A stretch of 64,000 nt of DNA from Oikopleura dioica. Lineage: Eukaryota; Animalia; Chordata. The translations under genes and the position numbers were made by a program. Location of the stretch: contig OU015568.1 of the NCBI GenBank assembly GCA_907165135.1, positions 6,200,001-6,264,000 of the forward strand. Reading direction: 5' to 3'. The notes beneath the pieces were generated by a model, which ran no database searches, was not told the origin of the DNA, and saw nothing but the letters and a program-made list of their open reading frames with translations. How positions within the stretch are numbered: the stretch's first letter is position 1; the number at the start of each line of letters is the position of its first letter. Shown in pieces: positions 48,531-60,208 of this stretch.

Positions 48531-51405
48531 ATGACGGAAGATCCGCAGTACGACAATTACCTGAAAATCGTCCATGAGAAAGTGTGTCTCAAAAAAGACC
48601 TGCAGGACACGTACCGTTCTCTCCAAAAGAATCTGGCGGTCAATCCAGATCCGCAAGAAAAGGCGGCGCTGGAGAAGGTCATGGACGACATCAACAGAGC
48701 GGATGATTTGATCATTTCCTACCAACACAAGATCGAAAAAATTCGCGAAACGAAAGAATCGCAAATGCCCCAGAGAGCGCAAACCATCGAAAGTAATTTC
48801 AATTTCTCGTTTTAAAAAACTATTCGTTTCTTAGTTCACCTGCACAATGGAACTTGCAATGTGACGTCGCACCAAGAAAAAACGATCGAAGAAGTTTGCA
48901 AAATGAATAACCGCTTTTGCTCGATTGATCTTTCAAAAAGCCATCTTGAAATGCACACTTTTGATTCTGCTGGAAAGAAAGAACGGGTAAATCGAAAGTT
49001 TTCAATTCTCGTTCTTCATAAAAAAAACTCTTCAGAAATTAATAAACTGGCACGAGACGTCAATTAAATACGCAAATTCGGAGCTCTGGCTGAAAACAAC
49101 AGATGAGGCTTATTTGCGAAGCGTTGCTCCTTACACTCACAGTTTCGTCGTCAAAAAGAAATCGAGGAAAAACTGCTCTGTTTGCGGAAAGACCTTTTTG
49201 TCCCTCCCCCGAAAGCTCTGGAAGTGCACGTAAGAACTCAAACTTTCAACCCTTTTTCGACTCTTTTTTCAAGCTATTCGGATCCTGAGAAGAGAAAGAC
49301 CTGCGGGCTGATCGTCTGCACTCAGTGCAAAGACAATAACATCACCAAGCCGTGCATATCGGTTGACGACCCGGTCGGAATTTACAAAAGACAGGAAGAG
49401 GAAAACAACGATTTGGACACTTGGAAGGCTTCTTCTGAGGAGGTCAGTTTTCCAGCTTGATTTGGGGGGTTTCTTCTTATTCTACAGACCCAAAAATGAG
49501 CGTCTGCCTTCGGCAAGCTATGAAGAAAACCTGAGTCAGGGTAGGAAAGATCTTCTACGCAGCTTTTCGGTAAAGATCTTTCAGACCCTGACTCAAGTCT
49601 TCTACACAGGTTGGCAAGCCCAGACTCAGTATTTTACACAGATAAGCACACTTCTTTTTTATAGGTCAAAGACTGGAACCCAGTCGGTCAAGGAACCTGG
49701 GGCGTCGTCTACAAAGCCAAATGGCATGGGCCAGTTGCGGTGAAAGAATTAAAGTGCAAAAATCCAACGGACGAAGAAGTAAGAATTTTCGAAAACGAAG
49801 TTCGAATGCTGCGAAAAACCAGACACGAATATATCATCCTTTTTATGGCATATATTTGCGAGCCGGAAAAGAGTAAACTTGCGATCATTATGTCTTGGTG
49901 CGAGAGGTAGCGTGGATTCTAGTAGAATTGATGATAAAGGAGGGTTTAGTTCGCTGTATAAAAGGATGCATGTCAAGTGCGAGAAAATGACGAGATTGGA
50001 AGCGATCAGTATAGCCAGCCAAATCGCACAGGTAAAAAACTGAAAAGCTACAATTTTGCTTTTTCCCTGAAACTACATTTTGGTTAAGAATTTCATTAAA
50101 AAGACTATCGATGAATTACCATAAGAATTTTTTGGCCGAAAAAAATTTTTTTGAGATAAGAACATATTCTGAAAGCCCAAGTCGAAATTAGTCGATTCCC
50201 AAATTTCTAGGGCTCAATGACGTCAGTATGACGTCATTTATGATTATTAAATGTCCGAAAAGGCTCCTAATTCATGAAACTTTGGAACGCTTTTTGAGGC
50301 GGTTTTTGCTGGAAATAGATTTTCCTATTGATGGTATGTTGTTCGCCATCAAAAACTACGTAGGGACCCGAGGTTTATTTTTCGAACCGGCCGGTTTCAA
50401 AAATTGAACCGGTCGGTAATGGTTGATATTCAATGGTTTGATCCCGGGTCCCTACGTAGTTTTTCATGGAAAATCCGAATCCGCCGAGAAAAATAAAATT
50501 AAAAAACGTTTTCGGCTCGAAAAAGCGTTCCAAACACAAAATTTCCAAATCAGCCCAATGACGTCATAATGACGTCATCTGACCCTAGAATTTGATGATT
50601 CTGTATAACTTTTTACGGGCTTTCAGAATATACCAATATCTCAAAAAAAATTTTTTTGCCCGAAAAATTCTTATGGTAATTTATCTATCATGGATGTTTG
50701 TCTAGGGAATGGGCTATCTCCACTCAAAAACCGTCGGAATCCTCCACCGGGATCTCAAATCTGCAAATATCTTTCTCCAGTCCGACGCAAAAAGATCCGT
50801 GAAAATCGGCGATTTTGGTCTGGCAACGACCAGCGCCGCCCGCGGTTCTTCAAAAGGCGGATCTTTTCGCGACAAAACTCTTGGTTCAATTCCATGGATG
50901 GCTCCAGAACTCTTCAGAACGCCAGCTCCGTACTCGCACGAGTCGGACATGTACGCGTTCGGATGCGTTTTGTACGAAATATTTGCTGGGGAAATTCCTT
51001 ACGCGGCAAAACCGGATCTGAGGCAAGAGAAGATTATTTTCCGCGTTGGTGCTGGATTGATGAAGCCCGATTTGACGAGGCTCAATCCTAGAGAGGTAGA
51101 GCAAGGAAAGTTTTGAATATAAATCTAATTGAATGATTCAGGGAGCGGAGAAAATCGTCGGCGCAGAATCCTGTCCGGATGAAATCCGCGAAGTTATGAA
51201 AAAATGCTACGAAAGAAAACCCGAAAATCGCCCAAAGTTCGAAGTCGGAGAGCAAAACCTTGTCGAAATCTTCAACACTCTCGAAGCACGCGAAAACGAG
51301 GAAATCAATCGAATTCATCAGCAACAGCGCGCTCAAGAAAGACAAGTTCTGCGCTCGCAATCGTTAAATACTGCACAGCACTGCTACTACGGAACTAATA
51401 ATTGA
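48531..51405 (+). CDS. RAF: Raf-family kinase (coiled coil, RBD-like, C1, kinase)
   Basis: THSF..CSVC..C..C..C C1 domain; GQGTWGVVYKAKWHGPVAVK, RKTRHEYIILFM, HRDLKSANIFL, VKIGDFGLAT, GSIPWMAPE. Confidence 0.85.
49496..49630. mobile_element. Family A palindromic element in a Raf intron
   Basis: GAAAACCTGAGTCAGGGTAGGAAAGATCTT ... AAAGATCTTTCAGACCCTGACTCAAG..CTACACAGGTTGGCAAGCCCAGACTCAG. Confidence 0.8.
50116..50680. mobile_element. ~565-bp nested-palindrome MITE (family C) in Raf intron 50032-50705
   Basis: Terminal arms TTACCATAAGAATTTTT..TATTCTGAAAGCCC, inner paired TGACGTCA doublets, central AAAAACTACGTAGGGACCCG/CGGGTCCCTACGTAGTTTTT. Confidence 0.85.
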
Positions 51406-51724
51406 ACTAAATTTCCTGATTTTCCGAATCCTCAATTCTTTATTTTTGTTCAATGTAAAATAATTTGTCCAATGTTCATTCCTCTTGTTTGCTACTTCTG
51501 GATCTTTTCTTTCAATCGAGTTTAATTACATGTTAATGACCTAAAAATGTCCTAAAAAAATCCTTCTTTTGCGCAAAAAACTGTTCATTCTCTTCAACTT
51601 CCAAAGCTGAACAAAGTAAAATAAAGTTATATGAAACTTCTTCAAATTTACGTTTCCTATTCTTTCTTGAATCAAACATCTTTCTGAAAGGGATGAGAAA
51701 GAGAACTCGCGGTTCAAAAAGTTT

Positions 51725-51797
51725 TGACCACGATGGGACTCGAACCCACAACTTCCTGATTCGAAGTCAGACGCCATATCCATTAGGCCACGCGGCC
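51725..51797 (-). tRNA. trnR-TCG: tRNA-Arg (anticodon TCG)
   Basis: GGCCGCGTGGCCTAATGGATA..TCTGA-CTTCGAA-TCAGG..GGTTCGAGTCCC..GGTC; TTTTT terminator at 51720-51716. Confidence 0.95.
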
Positions 51798-51884
51798 AGC
51801 CGAAGGAGGCTCTGTTCTAGTGCATCATTATTCTTCTGACTCATAAACCTTTAATATTCATTAATAAAACCCTTTCTTATAGAA

Positions 51885-53027
51885 ATGGGACGAGTGAAAC
51901 TGAGTAAGGAAGAGCGTTTCGTTCAGAAATATCTGAAAAGGAATGGGCATTTGGAAGTGCTGAAGGTTTTTGAAAGAGGATTGGAAGAAAAGGGAAAGAA
52001 AGGTACTGTTTTATTTTTAATTATTGAAATAACAAACTGTAGTAGAGCGTCAATCGAAAAAAGCCAGCTCAGAGGAACCAAAGACTCAAGCTAGAAAGAA
52101 ATTGGAAGAGAAGACACAGAAGAAGAAAGTGAATGATGAAATCAAGGAAGAAAATGAATCCTCGACTTCAAATGGTACGAAATTTCCCTTTTCAGTGTCG
52201 TCAATGTCTTTTTTAGGCGCTATTAAACCGTGAAACTCAGCTTTGCAATACAGAAACCGCCTGAGAGAAAGAAAATAGAATTGGAGCCATTGAAAGCGAA
52301 GAAAAGGGCGCATAAAGAAGAAGAAATAGAAGCTGAACCGAAGACTGTCGACATTCCAAAAGATTTCATGAAAATTGCCAAGCGGTTTGGATTGCCAGAA
52401 GAGCATCTTGATTTTTTCTACGAGCACAGAACATCGTTCAACTGGGAATATAAAGACAAGACCGATATTCATTGCACAGAAAGAAACTGCAAATTTACGA
52501 CTAGAATTAGTCAAAAATGTCTTCATGATCATATGATTTCTGTTCATGATTATACAGAAGTAGCGTGCGGCCATGTTGACTGCTCTTATATTGCCTATTC
52601 AAAGACAAATCTTAATCGTCACAAAGCCCATTTTCACGGACATGGGCAGAAGCCAACTGCATATGGGTACCATTCTTGCCCGTATCCATCATGCAAAAAC
52701 TCATTCAGTAGGCTTCTTTTTCTTCGCCGACATCTCAATGTCCATGAAAATAAGCTTCTTACTTGCAGTTATTGTCCATATAAATGTAACCAACCTCAAG
52801 AGCTACATAACCACTTGAGTCAGCACTTCAATATTAAAAATTTTATTTGCGATAGTTGCTCTAAATCATTTACTTCGACCAGTGAATTAAATAAACACAC
52901 TCGGACAGTTCATTCTACTGAAGATTTTGAATGTCAAGATTGTGAATTCACAGCGAAAGCTTATTACGACTTTAGAAATCATAGAAATATATGTGAGAAA
53001 CGTCTTCTGCACTCGAGAATTCTCTGA
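51885..53027 (+). CDS. C2H2 zinc-finger protein with an N-terminal LisH-like helix
   Basis: FVQKYLKRNGHLEVLKVFE, then about 6-7 C2H2 fingers; probable 1-nt frameshift near 52227. Confidence 0.8.
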
Positions 53028-53077
53028 AATCCGCAATAACGCCGTATATTGATAAATATTATTAAAACTCGTTAAGA

Positions 53078-53374
53078 ATGTACTCGATGAATGTAGAAAT
53101 TCCATTTGAAACTGAAAGACACGCAAAAATCGCGTTGAATTCAGTTATTCAAGACGAAGAGCCTCGCGCTGGAACGCATATTGAACGGTAAAAACGAAAG
53201 CTGAAGAACTGCCCCTCTTATCTTATCTCTAGAAAAATATCTGTAGAAAGGAATCTGCTGAAAGTCTCATGGGAAGCCGAAGAAGCCCGTATTCTCAGAA
53301 CCTCCGCCCAAAGCCTTTTACAACTGCTTGTTTTAGTGACGCAAACTATCGAACAATTCGACGGTCTCGAGTGA
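53078..53374 (+). CDS. LAGE3: KEOPS complex subunit Pcc1/LAGE3 (83 aa; exons 53078-53187 and 53233-53374)
   Basis: VEIPFETERHAKIALNSVIQDEEP..KISVERNLLKVSWEAEEARILRTSAQSLLQLLVLVTQTIEQF matches the Pcc1 pattern; GT-AG intron in phase. Absent from the ORF track. Confidence 0.8.
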
Positions 53375-53414
53375 GAACAACCATCATCTTTCATTTCTAT
53401 TTCAGAATTTTAAA

Positions 53415-55679
53415 ATGGAACGGACAGAAAGTCGGAATCGCTCAAAGCTGCGTGATTTCTACAAATCGCAAGCGCGTGAAAACGCTGAGCTTGTGCGGAA
53501 CCCGCAGTTTAATCTCGACTCGAGTCAGTTTCAAAAGGATCAGTTTATTGACGGCGTTCTCCGGCAAATGCCCCTAGCTGCGTTGCTGCAGAAAGAGAGG
53601 GAAATTGGAAGAGAAATAAGCACTCTCGATCAGAGCATGCAGAGCTTGGTTTACGATAACTACAATAAGTTTATCAAAGCAACAGATACCATCAAACAAA
53701 TGAGGTAAATACACTAATCGAGAAACCAGTAAAAATTCCCAAATAAGGGTCGACTTCAAGGACATAGAAAAATCCATGGACGAGCTCGTCTCCGAAATGT
53801 CCCAAATCTCCAAACTTTCCACAAGCCTCAATTCGAAAATGAAGCCCTGCCGCGAAGAAGTCGCCGATCTCGTCGAGCAACAAGAAACTCTGACTAAAAT
53901 GCAGTTTCTTTTCGAGCTCCCAGCAGAGCTGAAACGAAAAATCGAAGAAGGAGACTTTGAATCGGCGGTGCAAGATTATGTCAAGGCGAATTCGGTGCTG
54001 AGGAATTACGAGAATCACCCTTCTTTCAAATCGATTCAAGAGGAATGCGAGCTGGAGTACAAGTCTTTACTGGAGAAACTTGAGGAGCCATTTTCGAACG
54101 TCGATAGCAAGGAAGAATTACTCATTCGCTGCATTCGGTTATTGGGAAAACTTGAGATTGAAAACAAAACATCGACCCTCGCCCAAGAATTCTTAAAAAC
54201 TCGGATCAAAAAATCAACGCAAAGAACAACAATTTGGAATCTTTTTCTGCTCAGATCAGTGCCGTCCTCGCAGAGATTTGCGTGAGCATCACTTCATTCA
54301 AAAACATCTTTCAATCGAAGAATTTGGAATCATCCCTTGTAGCACAGCACGCTCATCAATCCTTGAAAGGTCACGTGAACGATATTCTCGAAGAATTAAC
54401 GGATGATTTTTCTGAGATTCTCGTGACCAATGATCTCTCTGATGACCAGCTTTCGACGTCCCTTGATCTTTGGTATTCCAAGCTTTCCGCGACCGCCCAA
54501 ATCTTGCCAGAACTCAACTTGACCGGAAGATCAGAAGAACTCGTCGTCAATCAAGCGAAGATCCGACACGATTCGATCAAAAAATCGTTGTTTATGAAGC
54601 TAGAAGAAGAAATCTTAAACATCGAGAAATCCGAGTCTCCTGGAGCAACAAATGCATCAATTTTAAATCTGATTCAAGAATCGCAACACCAACTGGATAA
54701 ATTCTTCACGATGTCGAAATCATACAGCCAAATTGAATACTTCTTGGTCGAATGGAATGACATGACTAAAACTCTCCGGTAAGCTTGCATCTTCGATATG
54801 TATTCGAACGAGAATTCTAGTGTCGATGCAGTTGAACACATCGCATCATTTTGCCAGAAAACTCTTCAGACAGCTCATCCAGCTCTTCTATTTCCCCTTT
54901 CTTCTTTAGCAAGTATTTGGTCAGAAACAACCGTCGACCAATGTATCGAACGCAAGGATCGCCAAACCGTAAATCGATTGAAAATCAGCTTCAGTCAAAT
55001 TTGCTCGGCCGCGCTGAAAGAGCTCGTTCTCATCAGAGGTTGCCACTGTGCTGAACTTATTCATCGGAGCGTCATGGCCAAGGGTGAGTCTTCCTAGATT
55101 TCCAGACAATCTAACCAGCTATGCTTCTGTAGACTGGCTGAATACATCTGAGCCACGAGGACCCCGACCGATAGTCAAAACATTCATCGACGAAATTCGA
55201 AAAATAGACGAAGAATGCTCAAAATTTATGCGCCAAGGTGTTCGCCCAGCCAAATCGACCCGCTCTGGCTCCATGAGAATCGAAACCCTTTCCCAGCGCT
55301 CTAATTTGAATATTCAAAGACTCTTCACGGACAAAATTGAAATCTACGATGTTGTGCAATCAACAACGATTTCAGTCACATCTGGCATTATTAAAATTGC
55401 GCTGAAGGCGATGCTCGAAAGTGTGAGACTGAAGACTTTTAGCTCTTACGGATTACAGCAGATTCAAGGTAAATTACGATGGAAATGGAATTTTACAGGC
55501 CATTTTTAGTCGATTTATCGTGTCTCCATCACATTCTCTGGCGATATTGCGAAGATGAAAGTCACATGAGCACAATTTCGGACGAAATTCTACAATCTGC
55601 GGCGCTGAGAGCGCTAGAAAGAGAATTAATGGAGGCTGATGTAATCGATCTTATAGTCGAAAAAGCTCAACTCGCCTGA
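53415..55679 (+). CDS. VPS51: GARP/EARP complex subunit VPS51
   Basis: KLRDFY, LDQSMQSLVYDNYNKFIKATDTIKQM, QFLFELPAELK, DKIEIY..GIIKIALKAMLESVRLKTFSSYGLQQIQ. Confidence 0.92.
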
Positions 55680-55818
55680 TCTTTTTTGATTTTTCCATGT
55701 TCTTCAACTCTACATCATTCATACTCATTCAATGTGCAATCAAAGTGTGTATTCTTAAAGAAGTTCTGAAAAGCGATGGCTTAAAATAGGGTTGTTAAGA
55801 AGTTTTTGCAAAAATGAG

Positions 55819-56963
55819 ATGATATCGGTTCGTCATCCGTTGATTGAGAGCAGACCTACTCCAACATTTTGCGATGTTTGCTACGAGTTCAAAAGAGTTC
55901 TATTTTCCTCTTTTTTCCTTCTTTTTGAACCCAAGAACAGTAATAAAATTGCATTCGGAGTACTGTACAAATGCAAGTCGTGCAATCTCGTCTGCCACAA
56001 GCCCTGCAAAGACCTAATCAAGTTCAGCTGCCAGAATCAGCCTCAAAGTGCGAGGGTTAGTTTTTTACTTGTTGTCCCTTTTTCATCCGTTTTTAGGAAA
56101 ATCAGCAGTTGATGAAATCACCTCCTGAAGAAAAATTCGACACGATCAGAAGGACTTTCTCTAATCCTCAATTAGCCAGTAGACTGGAACGATACAATCA
56201 GACAGTAAAGAACTCTTTCGTCATGCAACTGCGGAAGGATTACAGTTTTACTGGCTACATTCGGGTGGAATTGGAATTGACGAGACCGATTACAGTTTTG
56301 GATGGAAATTTGAACGAACCAGAAGTGAAATATCTTCCGAAAAATACAGTCAAAGCAATTTACCTGACCAGCCAGACAACTGCTAGTCAAGTAGTCAAGG
56401 CGCTTCTTCAAAAGGTAGAAAAAGAATCACTGATTTTTCACTAAAATGTAACTTTTCAAGTTCAAAATCACAAACGACCCGCGAAAATTCATGCTCTGCG
56501 AGCGAATCCAGAAGGGTCGCAAGGGAGAAAGCCACGTTACTATACGGTTAGTAGAACAATGACCACTTTAGCTCAATTCCCGCTCCACTTGAGAGCGGAG
56601 AGATTCAGACTTTCTGAAGTATTGAAGTTTTAGAATCAGAATTCTATTTTTTCAGGCCAATGACGGAGCTGGAGAGACCACTCTTTCTGACACTGCTTTG
56701 GGGAAGTGCCCATTCCGGTCATGGCTTTAGGCTGAAGGATCAACAAGAGGACACGCCGGATTGGTACGACTTTGAGGTGAGAGATTGCTGAAAGAGTACT
56801 GTTCTATTTTTGACAGGAACATGAGCTGACGCAGTTCCTTCGCTTGTACGAAGAAGAAAAGCAAAAAGCGCTAAATGAAGTGAAAGAAGGCTTCGAAGTC
56901 CGCCGCTATCAGATTCACAAGATTTTAAAAGAGCGGAAAGAACCGCTCGTTTCTCCGCTCTAA
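55819..56963 (+). CDS. RASSF: RASSF1/5-type protein (C1, RA, SARAH)
   Basis: C1 (FCDVC..CKSCNLVCHKPC), TGYIRVEL..RPITV, YLPKNTVKAIYLTS, W.DF..ELTQFLR. Confidence 0.85.
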
Positions 56964-57085
56964 TTCTCAGTTATCTCAATTAACTTAAAACTTTCTGCCA
57001 CATTCCCGTATTTTCACTATTTTCTTCACGATTTCTTTGAATAACATGTCTTCCAATCCTCCTAAAACATTCGATTTTATTAAGA

Positions 57086-58710
57086 ATGAATCGAATTGTA
57101 ATATTTTTATATTTTTTAATATCAATTGCTCGCGGAGAAGCAGTTCTGGACCTAAAAAGCTTCAACGAAAAGAAGCTGCAAGAGTATGAAGTCGTTTTAG
57201 TAAATTTTTATGCCGATTGGTGTCGATTTTCTCGACAATTACATCCGATTTTCGAACAGGAAAGGATAATGACCAAGCAATAGCCGATTCTCAGACCCCC
57301 TTCTTCTATCCTCAAAAAGACCGCCACTGTGCTAGAAGAAACCTACCCAGCTGAATCTAAAAAGGTTCTTCTAGCAAGAGTCGATTGCGAAGATCAACAA
57401 GACCTCGCGCAAAAATTCCACATCTCCAAATACCCAACAATCAAGATATTCCACAACGGGCGAATTCTCAAACGAGAATATCGCGGAAATCGATCTCCAG
57501 CTGAGTTCAAAAAGTGAGTCGTTCTCTTCCATGTCTTCAGTGAATAAATGCAATCAGATTCATCGACAACATGCTTGTTGATCCAGTAATACAATTTACA
57601 TCGCTCGAACATGCAAAACAGCTCGAGGACCAACGGCAGAAAGGAATGCTCATTGGATACTTTGAAAAAGAAGATTCGGAGACGTACAAGGTCTTCGCAA
57701 AAGTCGCCAATGTTCTCCAGGACGATTGTGAAGCCATCGTCGGGTTTGGCAACGTTTCTTATCCGGAACGACATACAGGCGAAAATATCGTCTTCAAAGA
57801 TGTTGAAAACGGCAACGCGGTAATTCAAACTAAATTTATTTTCCTTCTATCAACGTTTTCAGCCCGTTTCGGAGGATGTCTTTTTGAACGCGATGCGAAA
57901 TTATCAGCTGTTATTCGATTGGGCGCATGATAAATGCGTTCCAGTTGTGCGGGAAATAACCTTTTTGAATGGAGAAGAATTAACTGAAGAAGGACTGCCA
58001 TTCTTGATACTCTTCCACAAGAAAGAAGACACCAAATCGTTGAAGGAATATTCCAACACGATTTCCCGCACACTCATCGGCCAGAGAGTAATTCTATCTT
58101 ATCTTTCATAATTTTCTAAAAGAAGACTAGAGCAACATAAACTTCCTCCACGCAGATTGCGACCAGTTTTCTCATCCCCTCCACCATCTTGGAAAATCTC
58201 CCGCCGACTGTCCTCTCATTGCTATTGATAGTTTCAAGCACATGTATCTCTATCCAGATTACACCGAAGCGCACAAGGATCAAAAGCTTCTTCAATTTGT
58301 CAAAGACCTGAATTCCGGCAAGCTTCATCGAGAGTTTCATAATGGACCAGGTAATCTAACGTAAAAGAGCCAGTTTCAATTGAATTTAAGATCCAACAGA
58401 GAAACCAGATGAAGATGCTACTGAAGGTATTGAAACAACTGACAGTAATCCTAATTCTGTTGCTTCTGAAACTAAATCAGAAAGTACAGTCGCTCAAGAA
58501 GAACATCAGCCAATTAAAATCGAACCTAGGGAGAAGGGTAACTCTTGGTGTTGTTCAGTTGGTGTCAAACTTTCTTAATAAATATTCTCTTCCATGTTTT
58601 CAACAATCTTTTCAGCCACAATCGCGTTGGAAAAAGAGTCAGTCTTCAAGAAGCTCAAGCCGTCCAAGCATCGCCACTCGTTCCCAAAAGGCGAGCACGA
58701 CGAACTGTAA
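57086..58710 (+). CDS. ERP44: ER resident protein 44 (TXNDC4)
   Basis: Signal peptide, FYADWCRFS, REYRGNRS, VREITFLNGEELTEEGLPFLILF, DSFKHMY, C-terminal HDEL*. Confidence 0.96.
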
Positions 58711-59190
58711 CTGCTTCTGTTAATGCAGCGGCACAACCATTGCATGCGTTATTCTTTCAAGAGTTCTTACTCACGGTGCTCAAAAAAGGTGTCAGCCGGA
58801 AAAAAAGCCAGCTTGTTTCGATAGTTCTACTTCTGCTCCAAAAATAACTGCTGTTCCAGACCTTATACCAATATTTCTTCTATCAGCTTCAAGCCTGAAA
58901 GCTTTATGTTTTTATCAATTTTAAGTTTTTCTGTAAATCCAGCCACTGACCAAAAATGCTGTTAGTCTTCTTCATTTCAATACTCGCAAATACTTTTTAG
59001 TTTGATCAATTAAACAATAAGTTTAATACTGTTTGATAATTACTGTTCGAGCAAATGTTGTTCAATTTATTTAATATAAATTCTTATTCTATTTAAATAA
59101 ATGCATTCAATAAAATTCATTCAAGCATATCAAATAAACTCATTGAAGATATAAAAAAAATGATGTGACATCGTTTTCGGATTTTAAAAC

Positions 59191-60208
59191 ATGGAAAACC
59201 TCGGCGAGAGTGAATTGCTAGGAGATGACGGTGATGAAGATGTCTTCGCATACAATCAGCTTGCTTTTGGGAGACTCAGGTGCAGTTTATGATGGAGAAT
59301 GATCTGTTGAATTTTGCTGTTTTAGGCTGGCGGAAGATTCTAATTTACCTACGCAGCTCTACAAACACGTCCAAGTCCGGGTCACCTACAAGCTTGAAAC
59401 TGTAAGTTCCGCTTATCAATCCTACCTTATCATTCCAATCAGAGTCCTTCGAAACACGTGGCTTATCAAATCGAATTTGCCTCAGTCTCCCGCCCGTTCC
59501 AGACGCGCTACTCCTCCCTTGAGCGATTCCACCGGCACATGTGTCGACACTATCCGGAGTTGCGAGAAGAAATTCCATTTCCTAAAAGCGACTTCGAAAG
59601 AACTTCGATCAAGCGGTCATCATGAAGAGGATAGAATTGATTGCGTTGTACTTCGACCACATTCTCAACGGACGAGACTTCAAGTACAGAGATTCTAGTA
59701 CGCTGAAAGACTTTCTCATCCGAGACTTGAGGGAGAAATATAGAAGCGCGCTGAGAAGTGAACTCTTTGAACGTAAGAATCAACAGACATTCCCTTAGTC
59801 TAAGAATTCCCTTCAGAAGCTCTCAACAATCTGATGCCAATCCTAGACCTGCTGGAAATTCTTGAGCTCGTCTGCGCGGATCGCGTTACTGCGCTTACTC
59901 TAATCTGCCTCTGCAACGCGAAATCGGGCCAAGTCGACACTGCGAAAATGTTCTCGCAAAAGACGCTGCAATTCATCACTTCCAATTCAAAAATATTTTC
60001 CGGGAAAAAGTACTCTTCGTTGATTTCAGAGGCGATTTCGGTCGCTGGCAAAGTCTCAAGCCATTCTGAGCTAAATGCGTACCAAGGTATGGCTTCCTTT
60101 TCTCAAATGGCTTTTTACAGTCATTTTCCAGTTTCCTCTGAAATGGACGATGCCGGAACTCCTCGGTCAACTATCTCCACTACCGCCTCTTTTGCCGAGG
60201 AAATTTAA
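59191..60208 (+). CDS. SNX21: Sorting nexin 20/21-like (PX plus PXB), with a 1-nt frameshift at ~59584
   Basis: HVAYQI..TRYSSLERFH..IPFPK, then in another frame KRLRKNFDQAVIMKRI..KDFL..REKYRSAL. Confidence 0.7.

Noticed and set aside
1208-49630. CRISPR-like or REP-like reading of conserved repeats around variable spacers
   Set aside because: Repeats are inverted and dispersed, not tandem direct arrays; there are no cas or REP-transposase genes; the genome is eukaryotic.
1096-49743. ORFs sharing CVENLSQG or PDSGFLHR peptides (1096-1290, 27405-27608, 37309-37633, 42376-42648, 48381-48782, 49363-49743) as a protein family
   Set aside because: They are translations of the family A TIR in either orientation.
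59581-59590. Programmed ribosomal frameshift in SNX21
   Set aside because: No canonical slippery heptamer or evident stimulatory structure; same pattern as other probable homopolymer errors.
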